Shown here piece after piece: positions 13,380 to 27,227 of a stretch of DNA of 64,000 nt (position 1 is its first letter; each line of letters opens with the position of its first letter). The DNA is from Octopus sinensis (taxonomy: Eukaryota), in contig NC_042998.1 of assembly GCF_006345805.1 (NCBI RefSeq), forward strand, positions 65,100,001-65,164,000, read 5' to 3'. The position numbers and the translations under genes are program-made. The notes under the pieces are model-generated. The model had not been told where the DNA came from, did no database searches, and was given only the letters and a program-made list of their open reading frames with translations.

Positions 13380-14173
13380 TTCACCTACCTGGGCAGCACT
13401 CTCTCCTGCAATGCCAACATAGATGCTGAAACCATCAACAGAATCTCCAAGGCAAGCAGCGCGTTTGGGAGACTGCGAAAGAAAGTCTGGGAGCGGAGAG
13501 GAATCAGCCTCAACACCAAGCTGAAAGTCTACCGGGCAGTCGTGCTTACCACCCTACTATACGGCTGCGAGACGTGGACTGCTTACCGAAGGCACGAGCG
13601 CCAGATTAACCACTTCCATCTCAGGTGTCTTCGGAATCTCCTTCACATCCGCTGGCAGGACAAAGTCCCAGACACGGAAGTTCTGAAGCAGGCAGATCTC
13701 CCTAGCACCATCACAATCATGCGCAAGGCCCAGCTGAGATGGGCGGGCCACGTCTCCCGCATGTCCGACACTCGCATCCCAAAACAGCTCTTCTACGGTG
13801 AACTCGGCCAGGGCAGGCGCAAAGTCGGAGGGCAGAAAAAGCGCTACAAGGATAGTCTCAAGGTCTCTCTCAAAGACTTCTCCATCGGAACAGAGACCTG
13901 GGAGACACTTGCTGCCAACCGCTCATCCTGGCGCAGCGCAATCACCGTGGGAGCAGGGACAGCCGAGGAGGGACGGATTCGGTCAGCGGAGCAGAAACGT
14001 CAGATGCGTAAAGTCAGAGCCGCCTGCACCAGTAGCACTGCCCCTACCCACTTCTGCCCCACCTGTGGGAGGGGCTTCCTTGCCCGGATTGGCCTCACCA
14101 GCCACCTCCGGTCTCATGGCGGCAGTTCCATCAGATGATGTCAGTTGGTCATCTTCGAACAGAAGGACGAACA
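13380..14173 (+). mobile_element. RTE-clade LINE, sense 3' segment (RT C-terminus, C2H2 finger, 3' UTR)
   Basis: Stop-free FTYLGS...TLLYGCETW...QLRWAGHVSRM...IPKQLFYGEL...CPTCGRGFLARIGLTSHLRSH, stop at 14138, short tail ending GAAGGACGAACA. Confidence 0.95.
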
Positions 14174-14911
14174 TTATGTGTGTGTGTGTGTATTTATGAC
14201 ATTGGGAATGAATTCGCAGGAGGATTAGGCAGATATATGACACATTAGATTTATTTTTATTACATCAATACATAAATAATATTGAAAAGTTTGGGGATGT
14301 GATGCAAAGACAAGTTGCGATTTCAGAAAATAATTTTCTATTACATTTGTTTCAACTGAGCGACTGATTTGATATCGTTTACATGTAACATTAATTTATG
14401 CTAGCATGGAATGCAATGTCGTAGTATAATGGTTCTGTATTAGCGAGGTTATTCTATGCGGAGAATATCTTGAGAGAAGGAACCAATCAGCAAAGTATAC
14501 CAGAGAAATATGACAGAGCAGATTTTGATGTTTTTTACAATGAAAATATATAATCATATTGCATAAAACTTTCTGGAAAGAAAATTATTTGCCGCTGTTG
14601 TAATTATTTGGTCTTGTAAATGCTTATATAGATCTGTGATAGAGGTGTTTGAAGGTTTATGAGGCGCCTGCCAGGGACATCTGCAGGAATAGTTTCATCA
14701 GAATAGTTTCCTCAGAAGTGTGTTAAAGTTTCCACAGTAGCAATTTGGGTGAAGACGAACAACGTGAATCGACCAAAATCATATTTTGTCTATCTTTGAT
14801 AAAACATCAAATATTCTTGCTCCGACGGTCGACACTGAACGCGTATAAATGTATGCATGTAAATAAAGATATATGTATCTATGTATGTACGTATGCACTT
14901 ACTAACACATG

Positions 14912-14950
<39 letters not shown>

Positions 14951-15000
14951 TCACACACACACTCACTTACACACACACACACACTCACTCACACACACAT

Positions 15001-15876
15001 ATAGGGTGTGGTGAATAAAATGTCATCTAAATTGCGCAAAAATGAAAATATCACTGACATCGCATTTTAAGAGATATATTTAACAAAATTACATAAAAAT
15101 ATCTCGAAATACTAAACAGTGAACTTATTCAATAAGTTCGCCATAGGATTCAACCATGGCTTCCACACGGCTTCGGAATCTCGTGCAAATTTTCTGGACA
15201 GTCTCCTTGTTTAATTTGGAGAATGCTGCCATAATCCTTGCATTCAGTTCATCTTTGGTGTTTCAAGGAATCGTGTGGGTCTCTCACACAAATACTCTCC
15301 ACAAATAATTATCAAGGGAGTTACAGTCTAGGGGGTTAGATGGCCGCATTTTAGGGGCGATGTGCTCGCAGAAATTGTCTGACAGCTATGACTGGGTTCA
15401 CCTGCATGTTTGACATGGTGCAGACGCATGATGCTAGAGATAGAGTTTGCCAGCAGACACCTTCTTGACCTAGGGCTACACCATCTCCTCCAGGAACGTG
15501 ATGTAGGTCTCCATGTTGGGTCTCAGGCCGTGTGGGAAGACGAATGAGGTATAACGTGGCCATCACTAGTCATCGCTCCAACACCATGACGTTGTCTAGA
15601 TGTTTGATTTTTATCACTATCGATACATGTCCTCAGATTGTCACCAAAACACTCTGAAATGTTTGTACTGGTACTTCCAGCGCGAATGCCAAGCTGTACA
15701 GCATATCGTTTCCAAATTTATGGCACTGAGAATTGCGTCATGGTGCTATTTTTCTCACAGACGGTGCACAAGTAACACTATTCAACGGTGTAGTCGACAC
15801 AATCAAAAACAAAGAATGCGCATGCGCGAAATAAAAAATATAGAAGGCGACAGTTTACCCATCCGAAACAGTTTAT
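15001..15876 (-). mobile_element. Tc1/mariner superfamily DD37D (maT-like) transposon, internally deleted and decayed
   Basis: Minus strand ...SDGHVIP...HGLR...SAPC...DNFCEHIAPKMRPSNPLDCNSLDNYLW...NTKDELNARIMAAFSKLNKE; 37 residues lie between the expected second Asp position (mutated here) and the third Asp; ends only loosely inverted. Confidence 0.8.
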
Positions 15877-15919
15877 ATACACAAGAATGTATACAGAAAT
15901 GAATGTATCTATATATTTG

Positions 15920-16910
15920 CATATATAAAATTATAAATGAGGGTGAGAAATCGATATTAATTTAATAATACCGTCAATTTAACACCAAGTGGCTTAGCAC
16001 AAAACTACGGAGGAAATACAAATTTATACATAAATTATTAGAGAGTTATCCACTATGTGGATAACTCTAGTGCTAAAAATAGCTCCGAAGCAACACAGAA
16101 GATCCGTTTCCAACTAGAATCAACACACATTTAACTGAAGGAAAGTGAAATACAACGAATAAAATAGATTGACTCTATACAATTGTTTCATTACTAATGC
16201 AATATGTAGTTTTACTTACACTTGCATCTTGTAAGTAAAACTACAATTGCATTAGTAATGAACCAATTGTATAGAGTCAATCTATTTTATTCGTTGTATT
16301 TCACTTTCCTTCAGTTAAATGTGTGTTGATTCTAGTTGGAACGGATCTTCTGTGGTTGCTTCGGAGCTATTTTTAGCACTAGAGTTATCCACACAGTGGA
16401 TAACTCTCTAATAATTTATGTATAAAATTGTATTTCCTCCGTAGTTTTTTGTGCTAAGCCACTTGGTGTTAAATTGACGGTATTATTAAATTAATATCGA
16501 TTTTTCACCTCATTTATATTTTTATAAATTTAACTACGCGGCAGTCAATTTTTATTTGATGCGGCATACGTTTCCAATGGAGTCTAGGCATGCTTTTGGC
16601 GCGGAATTTGAGACATAACTAAAATGTAATTGGTTGGACCGCTCGTGTTTTTGACGCCCGAATCGATCTAATTAATTGCATTTCTGACAAACTCTACCGA
16701 AGATTTATAGATGCAAGTGTAAGTAAAACTACATATTGCATTAGTAATGAAACAATTGTATAGAGTCAATCTATTTTATTCGTTGTATTTCACTTTCCTT
16801 CAGTTAAATGTGGGTTGATTCTAGTTGGAAACGGATCTTCTGTGGTTGCTTCGGAGCTATTTTTAGCACTAGAGTTATCCACATAGTGGATAACTCTCTA
16901 ATAATTTATG
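15920..16910. repeat. Long palindrome (~295-bp arms, 9-nt spacer) plus a ~489-bp tandem unit; probable Penelope-type terminal repeat derivative
   Basis: About 15925-16220 is the reverse complement of 16230-16525 around the spacer CTTGCATCT; a third copy of the arm lies at 16709-16910. Confidence 0.85.
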
Positions 16911-16921
16911 TATATATTTGC

Positions 16922-16959
<38 letters not shown>

Positions 16960-16983
16960 TATATTATTATATATATATTAATA

Positions 16984-17086
<103 letters not shown>

Positions 17087-17087
17087 C

Positions 17088-17119
<32 letters not shown>

Positions 17120-19239
17120 ATATCTATATATATTATGTATGTATGTATGTATATATATATATTATATATATATACGCATATATTTGAATAGAAGTATCTA
17201 TTATGCTGTAATGTTGCATTCCAACATTGTATCCAGTGTTGTCCGCTGTCTGCATCTTTGTGTTATACGATATCGGATCAAAATTTTTAATACTGAATTC
17301 CTAAATATATATTACTGATTGAGACTTTTACTTCAATAAAACAACAATCTTATTTCATACAATTACCGAGATCCAGTGTGGGAGAGTTATTTTACATAAA
17401 CTAAATCCCTGTTTTTCAACATCAGTCCTCCGAGACACTAAATGTTTCCACGCTTTTACTTTTCATCCAATAGCGCTGCATTTATCTGTTGTTTGCGCGA
17501 GTGAATTTATTTCATATTGTTTGGTGTTCAGATCTTATATAATTAAATGACAAAACACAAATGCTCTATTGAACATTTCATATTACTCGCTATGTATTAA
17601 GACACTATGATTCTTGCAATATAGTAATTGATCTCCACACGTTACTTCATTTATAATCAGGTGTATAGCTTTTGTCGATACAATGTAGTATAGTATTTAA
17701 CAGCTCCACACAGTATTAATACAAACAAGTTGTATTATTAAGTCTGTTCAATCCACATTGTGCAATTATTTTCTGCGGCATTGAAAATGTCGAGATGGGA
17801 CCAAGACTTTAAATACTGATTTCAGGAAAAATATTACTGATTTATGAAGTGTTATTTTATCAATTATAATTACAAATTACATTTTCAATCACGAAAATAT
17901 TTTAAAGAAAATTTCAAAAATCAAAATACAAAACGAATTGTAATTAATATAGTCAGGAGATTATTTTGAATTTCAATAAAGGCAGATGTGTTTGTCAAGG
18001 TGCTCACACTGTGTAAATGTTCACGGTATGTTCATTAGTCCATTAAAAATATATTTTTTCGCCGACAAGTTATCCAAGCGAAGGGATACGATATCGAATA
18101 TCACTTCCCTTTCAAACTACCATCCTCCATCCCTCACAAAAGAACTTGAGGCGACAGGTACAAACATTAATGTGTTTCCAATTAAAACAAATTTGGAGAT
18201 AACAATGATAATGTGATTTTCGATTATGAAGAACTGGGAGGTGATGATGTTTAGAAAGATTATGCTGATGGTTATGACAATGCTTGTGATGATCAAAAAT
18301 ACCACGTTGAAGAGAAGAAGATGAGTATTCAGATACTGCGTTCGTATTACCATTAATCGTTTTGAGCAACTTCACATGACATCCGGCAGAAATAACTATA
18401 ATCCCCGTATTCTAATATTGTGCTTGGTTTTGTTATTTGAGGATGAATAAGTATGTCATATACAATGCTATAAAAGATTTGTATTATTTCATTCAATTCC
18501 GATTATTATGTGAGAATTGAAATTTGTCTGGTGTCTGGTTGTGATAGAATGAATAAATAATTCTATGGTCTATTATTGTGCTGCAGTGTATTCGATTACG
18601 AATTGTACTTTCCAAGATGTGAGTGACTTGCTAGATTATAGCTTAGTGATTACGTGTATACTTTATGTTTCTTTAATTGAATCGAATGCTAAGTACCTTA
18701 ATAATACAGATCATAGATTGCGTTATATTATTTGATTGACATTTTCTGTCTTGTTGTGTCCATTATTGTGTATCATTGAAGACGTTGTGCGGTGCTTCGA
18801 CAGTTCAGGTCCTTAGTGCGTACGATTTTCAAGGGAGTTGAAAGTGTCTTCCACACCAGGGTGGTAGGGTTAATATGAATGTATATATTTAGGAATATAT
18901 TTCAGACAGCGTGTGTAACGTTGTGTATGGTTTGCAGATCGTACGCAATTATTAATGAGAGAAAATGTCGTTTATGCTTTCATTTCTTGAGTCAGTACCA
19001 GACAAATGAAATCTCACTAAACATGCATTTCAGCGATTGTTGATATATACTTAGAAAGTTTGGTATCCATTATTTTCAACGGTACTTTCTTCTAGTTTGT
19101 TGAAGTTAACAGAATAAAGGTTCCACAGAGAGGTACATGCGTACCACTTAAAAATAACTTTCCAATGAATTTCTTTCTCGAATATCTATTGCATATATAG
19201 GTATGTATGTACATGAATTTATGATGCATATACATATGA

Positions 19240-19430
19240 AGTGACCTGGCAGCGGGCTGGCTGCAAGACGGAGAGGAAACAGATGCATTAGCAATGTACC
19301 AAGCAGTATTTGCTCAATCAAATTCCGACGGGGCCAGTTTTGCATTTCGTCCCCTACAAGGTCGAGAAAATAAGTACGCGTTGAGTACCGGGATCGATGC
19401 AATCGACTTCCACCTTCCTCCACTATTTCA
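19240..19430 (+). mobile_element. SINE family C (degenerate)
   Basis: CAAATTCCGACGGGGCCAGTTTTGCATTTCGTCCC...GTACCGGGATCGATGCAATCGAC. Confidence 0.6.
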
Positions 19431-19769
19431 AGCCTTGTACTTATACCAGAAACGATTATATACATATGTGCTTATATATGTACATATGTGTATTCTAAAT
19501 AGAAGAAAAATTGTAAGAATTACGAAAGTTAGTGACTAACGTACATAAGTTTATTGTGTAAAAAATACCACGTATATTTATTCTCTGACGGATTACAAAC
19601 GCATACATATGTATGTATATACACACTCACACACTTCCGCGCAAACGCAAATTTACGCGCAATTATATGTGAGTATGTATGTATGCTAAATATGTATGTG
19701 TACATGCATCACAGATATATATTTAATATATTAATGGACTAATTAATTACTTATATAATATATCATATT

Positions 19770-20011
19770 ACTCTCTCTTACTATTTTACTTGTTTCAGTC
19801 ATTTGACTGTGGCCGTACTGGAGCACCGCCTGTAGTCGAGCAAATCTATCCCCGGACTTATTCTTCTTAAGCCTAGTACTTATTATATCCGTCTCTTTTG
19901 CCGAACCGCTAAGTTACGGGGACGTAAACACACAAGCATCTGTTGTCAAGCGATGTTGGGAAGACAAACACAAACACACAAACATACACACACACATACA
20001 CAGAGAAAGAT

Positions 20012-20053
<42 letters not shown>

Positions 20054-20095
20054 CATCTGGTTGGTAAGTCAGCTACTTACCACAAAGCCACTCCT
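19770..20095 (-). mobile_element. SINE family B with internal (CA)/(TA) microsatellite
   Basis: Tail TTTCAGTCATTTGACTGTGGCCGTACTGGAGCACCGCC, body GGGGACGTAAACAC, head remnant CTACTTACCACAAAGCCACTCC. Confidence 0.85.
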
Positions 20096-21084
20096 ATGTA
20101 TTGAATATCAAGCTTCGATCTACTAAGTAATGTGCTTCAGAAGAAATTGATTTCCGTTCATAGTGTTCATTACCGGATTATTCAGAAATATAATTTGGTT
20201 ACATCATTACATACCCTTTCACTCCCATTGTCAGTGAACTATTATATCAGTTATGTTTGTTATATATTCTTATAATACACATTATTAACAAATATTGTTT
20301 CACAAATTCAAACATTTATTTTTAATTTGATTGCCCATTATTTCAATTTAATATCTCTTCCGTATCCTAATTGTTGCATTTGCGATTCAACGCCACATTG
20401 TGAAACCTTATACCCGAAAAGTGAGAATCGTTTGACCTTTTTCGGTTCCAGCTGTTTTCGTACTTTATTTGTTTCAACACAACTTAATATATCACATTAA
20501 ATCCATTCCTTTTAGTATTCTTTATTTATTGTATCATGATTCAATAACTATGTACTTAGAAAGGAGTCTATAGTGTAATGTTATTATTAGAAATTTCGAA
20601 AAGCATTTTATATTATGAGTCAATCATTAATAGACATTCTGCTATATTTTTTTTTAAATTCGTGTCAATCCCATTCGTTCTTCAAACGTCTTTCTTCTGG
20701 ATGTCTTACGTTGGCAGAATGAAAACTGACAAACATTCCATGCATCACAAAATATTTCACCATTAATGATTATAAAACTACATCTCATTGGATATCAGAA
20801 AATTCAGAATATGAATAGTTCATTAATATTTATTAGTAACGAAAAAAACAAAACAAAAAAAAAGAAAAAGATTGTCCACTATTGATGGAAGACGTTGCGT
20901 GCTGAGGTGATAAAATGATTCTAAAACAGAACGGATGACGGTGTCAAACTTAACAAGCAAAACAATTATCTCTTAAAAACTATGAAAATAGCAAAAGTAA
21001 CCGCGTCAAGATTGGAAGATAAGTTAATTCTCTTGATTCCCAAGTCTCACATAATTACTATATTCAACAAGTGTTACTTCTTAC

Positions 21085-21245
21085 AGTCATTAGACTGCGG
21101 CCATACTGAAGCGTCCCCTTAGTTGATTTAGTGGAACAATTCGACCACAGTTTTTGTTTTTAAGCCATGAAAGTATTCTTTTGGTTCCCTTTCCTGAACC
21201 ACTACATTACGGGGACGTAAACAAACAAACACTGGCTGTCGAACG
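21085..21245 (-). mobile_element. SINE family B 3' fragment
   Basis: CAGTCATTAGACTGCGGCCATACTG...GGGGACGTAAAC. Confidence 0.7.
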
Positions 21246-21406
21246 ATTAGGGTCTAACATATACAGAAAGAAATGTAGATTTAGACCTATGACATATATA
21301 CATACATGAATGTATATATGTATATATATATATATGTGTGTATGTATGTATATGCTTATGTATTACGTATATATGTGTGTATGTATGCATGTATGTATGC
21401 ATATAT

Positions 21407-21468
<62 letters not shown>

Positions 21469-21830
21469 GTATATATGTAGATAAACAATATCATGGTTAG
21501 TATATTTCAATATGCATATATGTGGACTAGTCCCCGATAAAGATTTGAGCGCAGTTAGGTGCTTTCGTTTTATATTGAATACCTCTGAATCTCACCTATC
21601 GATTGTATGTATTGGGAAAAAGATATATTAAATGTAAATGTTAAGATATTAACAATTTCCATTAGATGTATAATTAAATGATCATGTAGACTAAACTGAA
21701 GATGTGTCTTTAAGTGATTGATAAAGACATAAAAACATAAAACATCTCATCTTGCTGCAAATTGTGGACATTTTAATGTTCAAGAGATCGTCGAAGAAGG
21801 ATATATTTCAAAGTAAAGACATATTTTCAG

Positions 21831-21948
21831 CCAGCCCAGAGATGATTGGCAGGCTGAATCTTTCCGTATTTTAAAAGCCTTTAGGCAGCAATTTGAAGGC
21901 ATGTTATTACCAGGAAATATCCCACGTAACACTGTCATTTATATGCGA
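21831..21948 (+). CDS. Candidate exon (phase 2-0), unidentified protein
   Basis: Strong catattttcAG acceptor and GTAAGT donor, balanced composition, 39 open codons QPRDDWQAESFRILKAFRQQFEGMLLPGNIPRNTVIYMR. Confidence 0.5.
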
Positions 21949-22768
21949 GTAAGTGAACACGACAATGTTGAATGAAATGTTCCGCCTAGTGACGCAATAT
22001 GAGTCTCGTTCCTTGATTAGAACAAGGATAGTAATCCAAATATCACAATCGCTGTGGTATACTATATTTTATACACAGAATAATTGATATGAAATGAATT
22101 TGAAAGTTAGTGTTACGCTGTACGTAGAATAACTAGTATCTATATTTACACATTTACTACGAATATGAAACTATCAATGGATTTGATGGAAATGTCTGAT
22201 GGAACAAAGGTGAAAATAAAGCTGGTTCATGCATACTTATTACATTTGCCGGTGTGCTTGTGTATATGTGCGTATTTATATGAAAGTATATGTGGTTTTG
22301 AACATGAGATTATAGATGTGTATCACGTGACCACATAGCCGGTTATACTATCGGAAGTCGTCATTCATCGCTGGCCACAATGCGCTTCGCATTGTTTTCA
22401 CATTCGAAAAATGTTACCGGCTAGCTCAGCGAGTGAGCCAATATCCCAACCTGATTGAATGGCTATTCCGTCGCAGAGTTTCATATTACCAGCTGAATGT
22501 TCTGGAACAACGTGTAATGAAGTCTTTTGTTGAAGAACACAACGCAAACCCACTAAGGAATATGCAACGCAACCAACCTGTAGGCCACAGGCCTTCACAC
22601 ACCCACCTCTGTATGTATGAGTGTGTGCGTATGTATGTGTGTATGTATGCATGCATGTATGTTTGTATGTATGTATGTATGTATGTATGTTTGTATGTAT
22701 GCATGTATGTTTGTATGTATGTATGTATGTATATATTATATGTATGTATATAATATATATATATATAT

Positions 22769-22811
<43 letters not shown>

Positions 22812-22839
22812 CGAGAAAGAAGCAACAAGAATGGATAGG

Positions 22840-22930
22840 TTTTAGTACGATCGTTTCATACAAGGACAGGTTTTATTAAAAGTTGCAAAGATTACAGCAT
22901 ATAAACGAGTCCCGTACTCATCAGCTAAAA
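22840..22930 (-). ncRNA. Type I hammerhead ribozyme (inverted copy)
   Basis: Reverse complement of the motif at 27137-27227. Confidence 0.85.
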
Positions 22931-23049
22931 TACAATGTAAGTTCTAGACATCCTAGTGTTTGAGGCTATACTCATGAAGTAATGTAGATAATTAAACAGA
23001 TTCTAAAGTTCATTAAAGTTCTTTAAAGATGATGTATAGTCTTAGGAAA

Positions 23050-24800
23050 TGAATACCGAAAAGAATTTTAGAAGAATTTTTAAAAGTAGAAAAAGCCCAC
23101 CTCAGAACCATTCCTGGAGAACTTTGAGAAAGACTTGCTGAATCTTATAGATGATATTAGCTTCAATGAACACCCGTTAAGATATAACCCTCACTTAGAC
23201 ACCTTAGGAACTTTATTCAGTCAACCCGGTGCAAACATGGAATCCTAGTACCAGCAGATAAAACGGGTAATATGTATAGAGTTGATTACGATATTTATAG
23301 CAAATTAATTAGGAAAGAACTAAACTCCAAATATAAAATTACAACTAAGAACAATTTGAAAAAAGTAAACATGGAAATGAAGAGATCATGGGAAACTAAA
23401 TTTAACAGATAGAACGGAGCCACTTAAACCCTGTGAGCCCAGGATCAACCTTAAAGACCACAAAAAGGACTTCTTGGATAACCCTTCAGTAAGGCTGATC
23501 TGTCCAACTAAGTCGGACATTGGCCGACTTAGTAAATCTATCCTGGATACTGTTCTACCCCAAATAACCCCTCTTCTCCCCTTAAACCTATGGCTAAGTA
23601 CCGACGAAGTTCTAAAATGGTTTAACTCTCTAACTAATACTAGTAGTCTGTCCTTTATTCAGTTCGATATTAATAGTTATTACTCTAGCATTTCCCCTAT
23701 CTTACTCAACAAATCACTAATATTTGCCATGAATCGCTCCCTCATAACTAGAGAAGAAATCAATATTGTGCTACTAGCTAGGAAGACATTTATTGAATTT
23801 GAAGATAAATTATGGACTAGAGCAGATACACCAAATTTTTTTGATATACCAATGGGTTCCAGTGATTCGGCTGAGGTAACCAACCTAGTAGGCGCATATC
23901 TATTAAAATGCATAAGCAAGGATATCCCAGAAATACAGGGGGGTCTATATAGAGATGATGCTCTGTTTGTTATCCCTAGTAATAATAAATCTGTTATAGA
24001 AAGGATTAGAAAGAAAATTAATAAGTTCTTTAAGGATTTCAACCTCAGTATAACGTATGAACCGGGCACTCTAAAATAGCTAATTTCCTAGATATTACCC
24101 TAGACCTTAACTCCAAGCTACATTACCCATTTAGAAAGGAAGGCGAAGTCACGAATTACGTAAATAAATTATCAAATCATCCCCCAAATATAATAGAATC
24201 TTTAGTAAGAAATATTTCATTAAGAATTTCAAAATTATCATCCAATAAGGATATATTTAACTCCCATTCTGAGCATTATAATGCGGCGTTAACTAAGGCT
24301 GGAAAACAAAAAGATTACATTCGTTGATAGGGAGAACTCACGTATTCCTAATAATGAAGTTATCAGTAATCAAGTAAGCAGCAAAAAAAGACCAAACCCG
24401 AAATAAAAGTAGAATTAAATTAACGGTAAACGCTAATCTAGAGTACAGGCCCAACAATTCAAATAGAAGCATTGACCAGAACATAGGTAACTCGGATAAG
24501 ATTGAAGTAGATAAACCTAAGATGCACACAAATAAAAATAAAAATAATGGTAATAAATACAATAACTCGGTGAGATGAATAGTAGTAATTCTACGAACCC
24601 TAAATTTTATAAAAAGATATATTATGGCTGAATATTCCTTTCAACTGTGCGATACAATCGGATATACAGAACAAATTCAAAGTAATTCTGGAAAAAATTT
24701 CCCTATCTCTCATAGATATCATAGAATTATTTCTAGGAAAACAGTTAGGATTTCTTATTCAACCCTCCCAAATATGTCCACTTTAATAGCTAAAATTAAT
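23050..24800 (+). pseudogene. Penelope-type reverse transcriptase and thumb, frameshifted
   Basis: PADKTGNMY, NLKDHK, PSVRLICPTKSDIG, FDINSYYSSI, PMGSSDSAEVTNLVG, LYRDDAL, FLDITLDL, YVNKLSNHPPNII, RISYSTLPNM; several 1-nt frameshifts. Confidence 0.92.
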
Positions 24801-25289
24801 AATAACAACATTAAACTAGCCAGGAAAGATAGAAATAAAAATAATAATATCAGAATGAATACCAATAGCAATAACAATAATACTACCAACAATAAAAACA
24901 GCAATAGGAACTATCAAAACATAGGTGAAATAGTAACCACAGAATGACTAATAACATTAACATTAATAGTAATAATAACAATGCCGATATTAATAGAAGT
25001 AATATTGTTAATAATAGAATAATAGAAATAAGGCTAATGGAGAAAATAAGGAGAATGAAAATATCAGTGATATCTATAACAATAATATACAGTTGGATAA
25101 AAAGATAACATAATAATAAAACATTAGGAATAATATAAGAAATCTTGGTAGGACTTTACACCTAAATGATGAAACGGAAGGATCAATAAATAATAACAAT
25201 ACTTTAGATATCAGTACCAACTATAGAAATGATAATCAAAATAATAGGAACCTTAAACATCTACCCAGGAATAATCCAAGGCCCTGAAT

Positions 25290-25700
25290 TGTTCCTCCTG
25301 TGTGTAAGTGTAGAATAAAATCAAAATGCCCGGCACCTGGTCTATGTAGGGAAAATAATGTAATCTATAAATGTACCATATCCACGGAGAATAACAAATA
25401 TTTTTACATTGGCTGTACAATTAATTTTTTAGCCAGAGTTAGAAATCACATCTCGACTTTTAAATTACGTCATAAAGCTGTACCATACCCCACACTTTCA
25501 AACAAAATCTGGGAACTCAAAATAATAACAAAAATTATATCCTTAATGGGAAATAGTTAGGAGAGCAATTCCGTATAAAATAGTAGGGTTGGTTGTCAAC
25601 TATGCTCCATGGAGACGTACGAAATTCTAAAGCATAGTAACATAGAAACTTATTGAATAACCATATCGAACTAGGTCAAGTTTGTGTCCACGCTAAATTG
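25290..25700 (+). pseudogene. GIY-YIG endonuclease with upstream CxCx5C motif
   Basis: CKCRIKSKCPAPGLCRENNVIY...YFYIGCT..F.ARVRNHISTF...LSNKIWELK...CQLCSME. Confidence 0.9.
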
Positions 25701-27136
25701 AAGACTTTAAAATATTTTAATGATTGGAATATTCATAACTAGATAGATAGATATAACTTGATTTCTACTAGTATAGCACTGCTTTAAGTAGATAACTAAG
25801 AGTTCTCACATTACAGTTATCTTTATCTTTTTCCTTATATCTACATCAGTTTTTTTTTGAGAACAGGGAAATGAATAGTACTTATTCGCTACTTAATTGA
25901 GGCTTTATTTAATTTCAAACTCGCAATTTTTAAATTCTTAATTTAAATCTTAATTGTAATATTTAATTTTAATTCCTAACTTAATCTAATTTAAATAGCA
26001 TAACTCTAATAAATTATAATTAGTTACTGTAGCCCCATAATTCTATTTCATAATTAAATAAATAAGGCTATTCCCTCGGTGATAATATGATTATCTTCAT
26101 TAGGATAGACAATCCCCTAACACCTTGTAAATGATCTTATAAGATTTGACCTGTAGTCGGTCAATGTATGAATAATAACGACAACTCCTTAAGACAATAA
26201 AATGAATAAATTAAATAAGTAAATTTTTAATGACTTTTTGATAAGATTATACTTATTTTCCTAATGTATTTTCTGGGATTTTAGCATCTGACCCCTTAAC
26301 CCCTGACTGTGTTATCTCTTTAGATTCTCTTTAACTCATAGCTGATTTCAACAGCAATAAATTACGGTTTACTGGTCAAAAAATAATATTCCCCTCCAGT
26401 TCCTAGATGCCTGTTGATTAAAACCAGACTTACAGTCTACTAGCTCTTCTGTATAACTAGAACCCTCTTTTTTCTTTTTCTTTTTTTCCCTTCTTTCCCT
26501 ATTTCTTTCTTTCTCTTTTCTCTTTCTTCTTTTTCTTCTTCTTATTCTCTGTTTCCTTTTCTCTTCTCTTTTAGTCCCCCTTTCCCCCCCTTTTTTGCTC
26601 CCTCCTCCATTATTTTCTCTCTTTTCTTCTATTCCCTTCTCTATTCTTGGCCGATCTAGTAAGCCCTTCAACCTTTAAGAGTTAATAGCTACAGCCTCTT
26701 GTGAATAGCAGTAATGTGATTAATATGGCAAACACCTAATCATATAACAAGGATTGGTACCTACCTCATTGTGTTCAACCATTGTAAAATTTATCGCCTG
26801 TGAATATGAAATTCATCTCCATTTCTCTGGAAATTTACATCTACAACCATTGGAATCTGTGCATATATACAAAGGATTAATTCACCCTCTCTGTAATGCT
26901 AATAACAATGGATAAATTTGTCTTCTGTGAGTATATAATCCCTCATCATATCTATGGAAATTCATATGGATTAGGTCACCTTCTCTGTGATGCTATCAAA
27001 ACTTTTTTAAAATTCTGTGATAAGACTATACATCATCTTTAAAGAACTTTAATGAACTTTAGAAATCTGTTTAATTATCTACATTACTTCATGAGTATAG
27101 CCTCAAACACTAGGATGTCTAGAGAACTTACATGTA

Positions 27137-27227
27137 TTTTAGCTGATGAGTACGGGACTCGTTTATATGCTGTAATCTTTGCAACTTTTAATAAAACCTG
27201 TCCTTGTATGAAACGATCGTACTAAAA
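27137..27227 (+). ncRNA. Type I hammerhead ribozyme in the 3' terminal repeat
   Basis: ttttag-CTGATGA-gtacgggac-[long loop]-gtccttgtat-GAAAC-gatc-GTA-ctaaaa. Helix I ttttag/ctaaaa, palindromic helix III ACGATCGT; predicted cleavage after 27221. Confidence 0.88.

Noticed and set aside
16675-16716. Hammerhead-like GCATTT-CTGACAA...GAAG...AGATGC in the palindrome family
   Set aside because: A helix I can be drawn, but the core has several changes and there is no helix II; it needs a consensus before any claim.
23050-25700. Selenocysteine recoding, known for some Naiad elements
   Set aside because: The conserved Cys positions I read use TGT/TGC, the interruptions look like frameshifts rather than in-frame TGA, and I could not identify a SECIS.
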